Shown: positions 1-10,748 of the stretch, piece after piece
Layout of the letters: each line of letters opens with the position of its first letter
How positions within the stretch are numbered: position 1 is the stretch's first letter
Notes under the pieces: model-generated
What the model saw: only the letters and a program-made list of their open reading frames with translations
Databases searched by the model: none
What the model was told of the DNA's origin: nothing
Position numbers and translations under genes: made by a program
Assembly (NCBI GenBank): GCA_965226215.1
Contig: CBDDCH010000001.1
Span: forward strand, 34,761-98,760
Direction: 5' to 3'
Length of the DNA stretch: 64,000 nucleotides
Source of the DNA: Bryobacterales bacterium
Lineage (GTDB): Bacteria; Acidobacteriota; Terriglobia; Bryobacterales; UBA6623

Positions 1-1
1 C

Positions 2-1459
2 GGCACGCTATGGCGAAAAAGGGGCCGGATCACGGAAGCCGTGGCAGCACTCCGGGAGGCGGTAAGACTTAACCCAGAATCGATGGAGGCCCATCACAAT
101 CTCAGCCTGGCGCTGATGCGGCAGGGCGACCGGGAAGGCGCCGTGAAAGCGATGGAGCGCGCCAATGCCCTGCGGTTAGCGGATCACAAAGTGGTGAATG
201 CCAACATCAAATTCAGCCACGGAAAGGATCTGCTTGAGCACGGTGATTTACAAGCTGCCATCGCACAGTTTCGAGAGCTGGTAAGCATGGAGCCGGAAGC
301 GGCGGAGCCCCACTGGTACCTCGGCCATGCTCTGCTTGCGAAGGGCCAAGCGGGGGAAGCTATCCCCCTGCTCCGCCGAGCTTTGGAGTTGGACCCAAAC
401 TATTACGAAGCGGCTTACTCCCTCGCTGTGGCTTGGCGAAAGCAGGGCAAGTTGTGGGAGAGCCTTGCGTCGGCCAAGAGGGCCGTTGAGATGCGCCCAA
501 GTTCAGTGGATGCCCAGGTCCAGCTAGGTGAGAATCTCATCCTGGCCGGGAAGCCCGACGAGGCGATACCGGTCCTCAAAGAGGCTGTTCGATTGGAACC
601 GAATCAGGCGGAAGCTCACCGCCAACTGGGATTGGCTCTCGGCGGCACAGGGGACCTGCAAGCGGCCGTTCGGGAATTCGAGAACACACTAGAATTGAAG
701 CCTGATTACGCCGAGTCACACAACAATTTAGGGGTTGCCCACGCCAAGCGAGGGGATCTCGAGGCCGCCGTCGCTGCACTGCGGAGCGCCGTGCAACTCG
801 AACCTGAGTCGGCGAAGATGCGCGTGGATTTAGGCGAAACGCTCATCCAGAGTGGTCAAGTCCAAACGGGTGTGCATGAACTCGAAGAGGCGCTCCGCCT
901 CGCCCCGCAACGCCCCCGCGCCCGGCAATCTCTCGCCGCGGCGCTCCTGGAAAAGGGAAAATCCAAAATAGCAGCCGGAGATATGCAGGGGGCGATCGGA
1001 GAGCTGCGGAGAGCGACTTCGCTTCGCTCCGACCTTGGCACAGCGCATCAGTTGCTGGGAGCCGCTCTGCTGCAACAAGGCGATGTCAGTGGTTCGCTGG
1101 AAGAATCCGGAAAAGCGCTGAAGCTCGACCCTGAATACTTCACGGCCCAATACAACATGGGTTTGGCGCTTGCGACTCGAGGTGATCTTCGCGAGGCAGC
1201 TGCCGCCCTCCGCCGGGCGCTGCGGTTAAACCCAAACCACGCGGCGTGCCACACAAGCCTGGGTATCGTTTACGTTAAGCAGAACCTCTGGCCAAAGGCG
1301 ATCGACGAGCTTCAGGTTGCTATTGGACTCAATTCCCGTCTGGCGCAAGCCCACTATCAGCTCGGGATCGCACTGTCTCGGTCGGGGCAGTCGGAAGCTG
1401 CCCAATCGGCATTTCAGCAAGCCGAGCAGATCGATCCCCGATATACTAATCCTTTCTGA
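2..1459 (+). CDS. Tetratricopeptide repeat protein (5' end outside window)
   Basis: Many TPR units (AHxxLGxAL...A++L+P). The frame is open from the window edge, so the GTG at 41 is probably not the true start. Confidence 0.9.
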   Translation, partial: GTLWRKRGRITEAVAALREAVRLNPESMEAHHNLSLALMRQGDREGAVKAMERANALRLADHKVVNANIKFSHGKDLLEHGDLQAAIAQFRELVSMEPEAAEPHWYLGHALLAKGQAGEAIPLLRRALELDPNYYEAAYSLAVAWRKQGKLWESLASAKRAVEMRPSSVDAQVQLGENLILAGKPDEAIPVLKEAVRLEPNQAEAHRQLGLALGGTGDLQAAVREFENTLELKPDYAESHNNLGVAHAKRGDLEAAVAALRSAVQLEPESAKMRVDLGETLIQSGQVQTGVHELEEALRLAPQRPRARQSLAAALLEKGKSKIAAGDMQGAIGELRRATSLRSDLGTAHQLLGAALLQQGDVSGSLEESGKALKLDPEYFTAQYNMGLALATRGDLREAAAALRRALRLNPNHAACHTSLGIVYVKQNLWPKAIDELQVAIGLNSRLAQAHYQLGIALSRSGQSEAAQSAFQQAEQIDPRYTNPF

Positions 1460-1471
1460 ACAGGTAATAAC

Positions 1472-3250
1472 TTGCCGAAGGAGATCCCGCTTCGTCCCAA
1501 ATGCCTTGTCCCTACGTTGGCGTTCGCCGGTGCCGTCACACTGCTGGCGCAGGGCGTCGCGGTGCCGAAACGTCAGCCCAGGGCCCTTCCCAAAATAGAA
1601 GTGGATATTCCCCTGCCTGCCGTCTCTTTCGAAGACGTGGCTACCGAAGCGGGCCTCACAGGCCTCCATGTCTCGGGTGGGGCAACCGACCAAAACTATA
1701 TCCTCGAAACAACGGGCAGCGGAGTGGCTCTTTTCGACTATGATTCCGACGGATTCCTTGACGTTTTTCTTGTCAACGGCAGCCGTTTTGACGGCTTTCC
1801 CGAAGGAAAGGAACCCCTCAGCTACCTTTATCACAACCAAGGGGACGGAACGTTCAAAGACGTCACTCGAAGAGCCGGATTGCTCCGATCGGGCTGGGGA
1901 CAAGGAGTCTGCGTCAGCGACTACGATAACGACGGCGATGACGACCTGTTCGTGACCTATTACGGCCAAAACGCCTTGTATCGAAACAAGGGCAATGGGA
2001 CCTTCAGCGACGTAACGAAGGAGGCGGGCTTGCTGCAGTCGCAAATCCGTTGGAATACCGGCTGCTCCTTCCTCGACTACGACCGGGACGGGGATCTTGA
2101 CCTCTTCGTGGCTAATTACGTCGATTTCGATCGTGACAAGGTGCCTGGAAAAGGAGCGAATCGATTCTGCCGGTGGAAGGGACTCCCAGTTATGTGTGGC
2201 CCCCGCGGCCTTCCGGGGGGAAAGAATATTCTTTACCGCAATGTGGGAGGCGGCGTTTTCGAAGACGTTTCCGAACCTAGCGGTATCACCAAATCCAGCG
2301 GATACCCCATTTACTGCTTCGCGCCCTTAGTTTCCGACTATGACAATGACGGCTGGCCCGACATATACGTAGCTTGCGACTCCGTCCCGAGTCTTTTTTA
2401 TCACAACGAGGGCGATGGTACTTTCACTGAGATCGGCATGATCGCCGGCTGTGCGTTTAACGAGCACGGCCAGGAGCAGGCAGGTATGGGCACTGCCGCG
2501 GGAGACTACGACGGCGACGGCTTCATGGACATTGTCAAGACGAACTTCTCCGACGATACATCGACGCTTTATCACAACAACCGAGACGGCACTTTTACCG
2601 ACGATACATACTCTTCGGGACTCGGAGTGAATATCAAATACTTGGGCTGGGGTACGGGCTTCTTTGACATTGACCACGATGGTTGGAAGGACATTTTCAT
2701 GGTCAACGGGCACGTTTACCCTGACGTGGAGCGTGCCAAGGCGGCCAGTCCCTACAAACAAAAGAGCCTGGTCTATTGGAACCTGCGCAACGGAACGTTT
2801 CTGGATATTTCCAGCTGGGCGGGCCCAGCAATCAATGAATCTCGCTGTTCCCGGGGAGCGGCCCTGGGAGACCTAGACAATGACGGCAGCTTGGAAATTG
2901 TCATCAGCAATATGAATGACACACCCAACCTACTGAAGAATTCCGGAAGCCAAAAGAACTGGATCCTCGTCCGCACGCTCGGGACGAAGTCCAATCGCAA
3001 CGGGATCGGCGCTCGCGTCCAGGTGTACGCGGACGGGCACACGCAAACCGATGAAGTCCGCAGCGGCGGCAGCTACCTCTCGCAAAACGATCTACGTTTG
3101 CACTTCGGACTCGGCGATGCCAAGAAGGTCGAGCGGATCGAAGTGAGGTGGCCAACCGGCAAAACTGAAGTGTTCGAAAACCTCGAAGTGAATCGCCTCG
3201 TCACGCTCGAAGAGGGCGAAGGCGCTCCGAAGCCCGAGAAGCAGAAATAA
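1472..3250 (+). CDS. CRTAC1-family protein (FG-GAP/VCBS repeats + ASPIC/UnbV C-terminus)
   Basis: Signal-like N-terminus, repeated DYDNDGxxDL motifs, C-terminal GGSYLSQNDLRLHFGLG...IEVRWP. Confidence 0.9.
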   Translation: MPKEIPLRPKCLVPTLAFAGAVTLLAQGVAVPKRQPRALPKIEVDIPLPAVSFEDVATEAGLTGLHVSGGATDQNYILETTGSGVALFDYDSDGFLDVFLVNGSRFDGFPEGKEPLSYLYHNQGDGTFKDVTRRAGLLRSGWGQGVCVSDYDNDGDDDLFVTYYGQNALYRNKGNGTFSDVTKEAGLLQSQIRWNTGCSFLDYDRDGDLDLFVANYVDFDRDKVPGKGANRFCRWKGLPVMCGPRGLPGGKNILYRNVGGGVFEDVSEPSGITKSSGYPIYCFAPLVSDYDNDGWPDIYVACDSVPSLFYHNEGDGTFTEIGMIAGCAFNEHGQEQAGMGTAAGDYDGDGFMDIVKTNFSDDTSTLYHNNRDGTFTDDTYSSGLGVNIKYLGWGTGFFDIDHDGWKDIFMVNGHVYPDVERAKAASPYKQKSLVYWNLRNGTFLDISSWAGPAINESRCSRGAALGDLDNDGSLEIVISNMNDTPNLLKNSGSQKNWILVRTLGTKSNRNGIGARVQVYADGHTQTDEVRSGGSYLSQNDLRLHFGLGDAKKVERIEVRWPTGKTEVFENLEVNRLVTLEEGEGAPKPEKQK

Positions 3251-3305
3251 TCGTGCCCGGATCGCCGGTTCTTTTTGCCGGTTGCGTTTCCTCCGGCGAA
3301 AAATG

Positions 3306-3399
3306 GAAAAATGGGGACTGCCACCAATTCGCTCTCGGTTATGCCCCTAGGGAAAAAGCACTTAGCCTGAAGCGAATTGGCTGGCTGTACCCATTTTTC
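3306..3399. repeat. Intergenic inverted repeat (REP/MITE-like hairpin) between convergent genes
   Basis: GAAAAATGGGGACTGCCACCAATTCGCT (3306-3333) pairs imperfectly with AGCGAATTGGCTGGCTGTACCCATTTTTC (3371-3399). Confidence 0.7.
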
Positions 3400-3448
3400 G
3401 CTCCTGCACGACTTTTGCCACACGCGTGCTAGCGGAACTTGCCTGCTG

Positions 3449-4264
3449 TCAAGGGCCGCGGGAGCTTCCGAGCTTTCGCTCGAGAATCCCCTTCAGATTC
3501 TGTGATTCGGCATCGTCCGGGTTCAGTTGAAGCGCCTGTCGAACGTGCTGTAGCGCCTCGGCCGTCCGGCCCTGGTAAGCACAGGCCATAGCCAAGGCGT
3601 AATAGCTCTTAGCGCTATTGGGGCTACGCTTGACCGACTCGGTGAGTAACTCGATTGCCTTCTCGAATTCTCGCCGCTCGAGGTGGTCCCAGCCCTGTTC
3701 ATACTTGATCCACCCGCGAAGTTCCTCTTCAAGAGTCCCAAACTGGTAGGGCTGAAGGGCGGCCGCCTTCTGCGCGGCGTCGGCCGTTTTCTTCGGATCC
3801 CTCAAGCCCGCATGGACGCGTGCCAAGTTTGCCCACCCAACCGGATTCTGTGGGGCCATCGCCAGCGCTTTTTCATATTGCTTGAGCGCTTCCTGATAAT
3901 TGCGCTGATTGTACGCTGCGTTGCCTGCCTCCTCCAATTTCCGGTATGCCTCCGCTCCCGCGAGCTTCAGCGTGACTTCAACGTCTTTTTCAAACAGCTG
4001 TAGCGGTTCGGATTTAGCAGGTATGTGTTCCTTGGCCACGGCCTCTAACAGGTAAGGACCAGGAGCTAGTCCGGCGAATGTAAGTTTGCCTTGTTTGTCT
4101 GACTTCAATACCACTTCTTCACTCGATTGGGTGTTCGTCAACCTTGCTTCGGCGTCTTCGACAGGCTTGTTCCTGTGATCGACCAGATGAAGATGTATGT
4201 CAGCCCCCACAAGGGCCAGACGACTCATAATAAAAAGTGTCGCGAAAAAGGAATAGGTACACAT
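3449..4264 (-). CDS. Carboxypeptidase-regulatory-like domain + TPR protein
   Basis: N-terminal beta-sandwich motif (SDKQGKLTFAGLAPGPYLLEA) followed by TPR repeats. Confidence 0.8.
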   Translation of the reverse strand: MCTYSFFATLFIMSRLALVGADIHLHLVDHRNKPVEDAEARLTNTQSSEEVVLKSDKQGKLTFAGLAPGPYLLEAVAKEHIPAKSEPLQLFEKDVEVTLKLAGAEAYRKLEEAGNAAYNQRNYQEALKQYEKALAMAPQNPVGWANLARVHAGLRDPKKTADAAQKAAALQPYQFGTLEEELRGWIKYEQGWDHLERREFEKAIELLTESVKRSPNSAKSYYALAMACAYQGRTAEALQHVRQALQLNPDDAESQNLKGILERKLGSSRGP

Positions 4265-4361
4265 GCCCGCCTGGATTCCCCTCCTCTACTATCATTGTAC
4301 CGGCAGGGTATCCGAGGGATTCCGGCGCTGCTAATCTACAGGTAAGAACGGAAACGTCGAA

Positions 4362-6626
<2,265 letters not shown>

Positions 6627-6678
6627 TCGCCAGGCAGACCCCACAAGGAGGCGAAGGACAGTGCCCGCGGCGACCCGC

Positions 6679-6801
6679 CAAGGGGAAGAATTACGAAACA
6701 AACCCGATTTCCCTACTGGGTCGATTTGGTAGGGACCGGCACTCTTGCCGGTCCTTTAGGCTTTTTCTGATTTCGTGGGCGAATAGCACAGGGGCGGTTC
6801 C
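6679..6801. repeat. 123-bp direct repeat, copy 1
   Basis: Identical by eye to 6981-7103; contains the GTAGGGACCGGCACTCTTGCCGGTCC hairpin. Confidence 0.9.
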
Positions 6802-6980
6802 CCGGCCCGAGTCCAAGCTTGTAGCGTGGATCTAGGCGGGCGGGATCACTCTTCCCTTTCGCGCTACCGGTTCGTCGCCCGCCAGATCCACGGCTTTTCG
6901 TTCGTCGCCCGACGGAGACACTTGACACGCCCGCTATTCTGAAGGGGAGAGACTGCGGGGACCGGCATCACGCTCGACCA

Positions 6981-7103
6981 CAAGGGGAAGAATTACGAAA
7001 CAAACCCGATTTCCCTACTGGGTCGATTTGGTAGGGACCGGCACTCTTGCCGGTCCTTTAGGCTTTTTCTGATTTCGTGGGCGAATAGCACAGGGGCGGT
7101 TCC
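6981..7103. repeat. 123-bp direct repeat, copy 2
   Basis: Identical by eye to 6679-6801. Confidence 0.9.
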
Positions 7104-7122
7104 GCCACAACGGCAGTGAGCG

Positions 7123-8442
7123 TTACGCCCGCGTGCTCCGCAGCTTGCCGAGGCGTTCTCCGACGGGAACGAATTCACGTTTCGACGGTCCCAGATAAAC
7201 CTGCCGGGGACGGGCGATTCGTCGTTCCGGGTCTTCCATCAGCTCTTCCCAGTGCGCCAGCCAACCGGAGGTGCGAGGAATGGCGAACAACGCCGTAAAC
7301 ATTTCCGGCTGGAAGCCCATGGCCTGATAGATAATTCCGGAGTAGAAGTCCACGTTGGGATAGAGCTTTCGCTTCACGAAGTAGTCGTCCTGCAGCGCGA
7401 TGCGTTCGAGCTCGATCGCCAGATCAATCTTGGGGTTTCGGCCGGTGACTTCGAAGACTTCATCCGCGATCTTCTTGATGATCCGCGCCCGAGGATCATA
7501 GTTCTTGTAGACGCGGTGGCCGAATCCCATCAATCGGCGCTCGCCGGCTTTGACTTCCTTGATGAATTCGGGAATGTGGTCCATGGAGCCGATTTCATCC
7601 AGCATCTGGAGCACGGCTTCGTTTGCACCGCCGTGTAGCGGACCGTAAAGAGCCCCAGCGGCGGCAGCCGTGGCGACGTAAGGGTCTGCGTTCGAGCTGC
7701 TGACCGTCCGCATGGTGTTGGTGCTGCAGTTCTGCTCGTGGTCGGCATGGAGAATAAACAGAACGTCGAGCGCTTTGGCGAGCACCGGGCTGGATTTATA
7801 CTTCAGCTCGGTCTTTTTCCAAAGCATGTTCATGAAGTTTTCGGTATAGCTCAAGTCGTTGTCGGGATAGGCGTAAGGCAGCCCCAAGCTATGGCGATAG
7901 GCGTAGGCCGCCAAAGTCGGCATCTTACCGATGAGTCGTAACTGCTGCATGCGCCGGTTCTTGCGGCTGCCGATATTCTTGGCGTCCGGGTAGAAAGTCG
8001 AAAGCGCGGCGACTGTGCTGACGAGCATTCCCATCGGGTGAGCGTCGTAGAGAAACCCGTCGATGAACTTCTTGATGTTCTCGTGCACCATGGTGTGGCG
8101 GATGATCTCGTCGTCCCAGCCAGCCAGCTCCGAGGCGGTAGGCAGTTCTCCGTGCAGAAGGAGATAAGCTACTTCCGTGTAGGAACAGCTCTCGGCGAGG
8201 TCTTCGATCGGGTAGCCGCGATAGCGCAAGATTCCCCGCTCGCCGTCAATGAATGTGATGCGGCTGGTACACGACGCCGTGTTCGTGAATCCGGGGTCGT
8301 AGCTCATCATCCCGAATTCGTCCGCGTTGACTTTGATCGAACGCAGGTCCATCGCCCGAATCGTGCTGTTTTTGATTGAGAGCTTGTAAGCTTTTGACGT
8401 CCGGCTATCGTTGACATCTAGGCCTGCTGAGTCCAAGGGCAC
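7123..8442 (-). CDS. gltA: Citrate synthase
   Basis: Motifs GILRYRGYPIEDL, LHADHEQNCST, GPLHGGANEAV, LMGFGHRVYKNYDPR, YPNVDFYSG. The true start may be the TTG at 8436, after AGGAGG. Confidence 0.97.
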   Translation of the reverse strand: MPLDSAGLDVNDSRTSKAYKLSIKNSTIRAMDLRSIKVNADEFGMMSYDPGFTNTASCTSRITFIDGERGILRYRGYPIEDLAESCSYTEVAYLLLHGELPTASELAGWDDEIIRHTMVHENIKKFIDGFLYDAHPMGMLVSTVAALSTFYPDAKNIGSRKNRRMQQLRLIGKMPTLAAYAYRHSLGLPYAYPDNDLSYTENFMNMLWKKTELKYKSSPVLAKALDVLFILHADHEQNCSTNTMRTVSSSNADPYVATAAAAGALYGPLHGGANEAVLQMLDEIGSMDHIPEFIKEVKAGERRLMGFGHRVYKNYDPRARIIKKIADEVFEVTGRNPKIDLAIELERIALQDDYFVKRKLYPNVDFYSGIIYQAMGFQPEMFTALFAIPRTSGWLAHWEELMEDPERRIARPRQVYLGPSKREFVPVGERLGKLRSTRA

Positions 8443-8736
8443 CTCCTACTATGCGCTGAGCGCGAGCCTGCGCTGATGCGGGGGTCGATCGTCTCGCTAA
8501 AGCGTTCGGGGACCGAGGCCTTGGCCCCTTTCGGGAACCGTGGCGCTCCCACAAGGCGTCTCCCCGCGATTTCCCGGGGCGAAGACCGACCCGAACCGCC
8601 TTTAAAATAAGAAGGATAGCAGATACGACCGACTCAGGGTGCTCCGAGTCTTGTCTCATGCAAGATGAGTCTGAACGAGGAGTTTGTTTCTCACACAAGA
8701 TGAGCCTGAAGGATCGGGGAGTGGGCATGCTGGGAA

Positions 8737-9981
8737 TTGACTATCCAAGTGCAAAACACCAGCAAGCTGAACCTGCAACAGATCCAGCAGTTTCTCCACT
8801 CCAGCGAGGAGATTCGATTCAAAGGCAAAGGGCGGGCCGAGATCTACACGTGGGTGGCGCGCACGCTTCGCCAGCACGGCTACAGCCGCCAGAACCGCGC
8901 CGACAAAGGGCTGCTGCGGCAGTATCTGGTCAAGATGACCGGACTGAGCCGGGCGCAAATCACGCGGCTGATCCAGCAGTACCGGCAGGGCGGAGAACTC
9001 CAACCCGCCCGCTACCGGCGGCATCGCTTTGCCCGCAAGTACACGCCCGCCGACGTCGAACTGCTGGCGGCGGTGGACGAGGCCCACGAAACCCTCAGCG
9101 GCCCGGCCACGCGCAAGATCCTCGAGCGGGAATACCAGCAGTACCAGCGGCGCGAATACGAGCGGCTGGCGGGGATCTCGGTGGCCCAGATCTATCGCCT
9201 GCGGCGGCGCAGAGCCTACCGCCAGCGGCGGCTGCATTTCACCAAGACCCGGCCCACGGCGGTGTCGATCGGCGAGCGGCGCCGGCCCGACCCGCAAGGC
9301 CAACCCGGCTTTCTGCGAGTGGATACGGTGCATCAAGGGGATCGCGATGGCGTCAAGGGCGTCTACCACATCAATGCCGTGGATGAAGTCACCCAGTGGC
9401 AAGTGGTCGGCGCCACGCCCGCGATCAGTGAAGCCTGGCTGGAGCCGTTGCTGAAAGCCATGATCGAGCAGTTTCCCTTTCGTATCCGCGGCTTCCATTC
9501 CGACAACGGCAGCGAGTTCCTCAATCGCACGGTGGAGAAGCTATTGAACAAGCTGCTGATCGAACAGACCAAGTCGCGTCCGCGGCACTCCAACGACAAC
9601 GGCTTGGTGGAATCGAAAAACGGCGCGGTGATCCGCAAACACATGGGATATACGTACATCGCGGCGCCGCACGCGGGGCGCATCCAGCGCTTCTACCAAC
9701 AGCACTTCAATCCCTATTTGAACTTCCACCGGCCCTGCGGACAGCCCGAGATCAAGACCGACGCCAAAGGCAAGCAGAAGCGGGTGTACCGCCACTACCA
9801 GACGCCTTGGGAATCTTTCGAGAAGTTGCCCGAGGCCGCCAGCTATCTCAAGCCAGGGCAGAGGCTGGAGGCTCTGGGCCGCATTGCCCAGGCCGAAAGC
9901 GACACGGCGGCGGCCCGCCGGATGCAGCGAGCCAAGCAGAAGCTGTTTGCCAGTTTCCGTTCCGCGAACACGCCGTGCTGA
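8737..9981 (+). CDS. DDE integrase-core (rve) transposase
   Basis: N-terminal HTH; catalytic motifs RVDTVH, FHSDNGSEF, NDNGLVESKN; YLNFHRP. Confidence 0.9.
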   Translation: MTIQVQNTSKLNLQQIQQFLHSSEEIRFKGKGRAEIYTWVARTLRQHGYSRQNRADKGLLRQYLVKMTGLSRAQITRLIQQYRQGGELQPARYRRHRFARKYTPADVELLAAVDEAHETLSGPATRKILEREYQQYQRREYERLAGISVAQIYRLRRRRAYRQRRLHFTKTRPTAVSIGERRRPDPQGQPGFLRVDTVHQGDRDGVKGVYHINAVDEVTQWQVVGATPAISEAWLEPLLKAMIEQFPFRIRGFHSDNGSEFLNRTVEKLLNKLLIEQTKSRPRHSNDNGLVESKNGAVIRKHMGYTYIAAPHAGRIQRFYQQHFNPYLNFHRPCGQPEIKTDAKGKQKRVYRHYQTPWESFEKLPEAASYLKPGQRLEALGRIAQAESDTAAARRMQRAKQKLFASFRSANTPC

Positions 9982-9993
9982 ACAACAGGAAGA

Positions 9994-10104
9994 GGGCTGT
10001 GGAAATGACGGGCGATGGAAAACGAGGAAAACCAAAACCAGGTTTCCCTTCGTTTCCCACCGCCCTTGGAAATCGCTCCGCGATTCCCACAATCCCACAA
10101 CCCC
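9994..10104 (+). other. Structured non-coding segment (three-way junction) inside the IS 3' end
   Basis: Outer stem GGGCTGTGGAAATG/CAATCCCACAACCC, long inner stem GGGCGATGGAAAACGAGGAAAACC/GGTTTCCCTTCGTTTCCCACCGCCC, short stem GGAAATCGC/GCGATTCCC. Confidence 0.7.
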
Positions 10105-10319
10105 GACGACGATTCTCCCCTTCCCAAAACTCAAAATCAAAAAGCCCGAAAGGAGCCCCAGCGACTCAAAAAGCCCCAACCCCCGTCTTCAGGCTCATCC
10201 TTCGATGAGAAAATGCTCTCCGGCAACGAACCCCACGCAGGGCTTGCGCCGCGGCTTTCCGAGGAAAATCCGTCTTCCCCACAGGATGCACTCTCGTCCA
10301 AACACGTGCCGCGCGGATC

Positions 10320-10349
10320 TTGACAGCCCTCTTCCGCACTTGTTAGCCT
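10320..10349 (+). promoter_or_regulatory. Putative sigma70 promoter of groES
   Basis: TTGACA (10320-10325), 18-bp spacer, extended -10 TGtTAGCCT; AGGAGG RBS before the GTG at 10439. Confidence 0.5.
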
Positions 10350-10438
10350 GCGTAATTGGCTTTCGACCGGCCCCGGTTCGGCGGGGCGTTCTTATCTTAA
10401 GAATGCTTTCTCAACGGAGTTAGGAGGAGGAGACGAAA

Positions 10439-10729
10439 GTGACGGTTAAACCCTTATACGACCGTTTGTTGGCACGCCGGGTGGAAGAAGGAGAGCAAAT
10501 CAAGGGAGGAATCATCATCCCCGACTCGGCCAAGGAAAAGCCTCAAGAGGCGGAAATCATCGCGGTGGGGAACGGCAAGCGGCTGGACGACGGCAAGATC
10601 GTCCCACTCGATGTGAAGGCCGGCGACAAGGTGCTGATCGGAAAATACTCGGGAACGGATATCACCGTGGAGGGTGAAGAGCTGATTATCCTCCGCGAAG
10701 ACGAGGTCCTCGGCGTTCTGGAAAGCTAA
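10439..10729 (+). CDS. groES: Co-chaperonin GroES
   Basis: KPLYDRLL...[14 protein letters not shown]...[15 protein letters not shown]...REDEVLG. Confidence 0.97.
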   Translation: MTVKPLYDRLLARRVEEGEQIKGGIIIPDSAKEKPQEAEIIAVGNGKRLDDGKIVPLDVKAGDKVLIGKYSGTDITVEGEELIILREDEVLGVLES

Positions 10730-10748
10730 GCGCCCGTCACCACTCCCT

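Larger units (their letters stand above)
8647..10217 (+). mobile_element. IS481-like/integrase-core insertion sequence with imperfect ~30-bp TIRs and 5-bp target duplication
   Basis: Left end AGTCTTGTCTCATGCAAGATGAGTCTGAAC, with a second internal copy at 8685-8711. Reverse complement of the right end is AGCATTTTCTCATCGAAGGATGAGCCTGAAG. CTCCG is duplicated at 8642-8646 and 10218-10222. Confidence 0.85.

Noticed and set aside
6679-7103. CRISPR array
   Set aside because: Only two 123-bp units and no cas genes; no CRISPR array was seen anywhere in the window.
8656-9498. Long antisense ORFs over transposases and other genes (e.g. 8656..9498, 29793..30788, 40901..41953)
   Set aside because: No recognisable motifs; such ORFs are expected by-products of high-GC codon usage.
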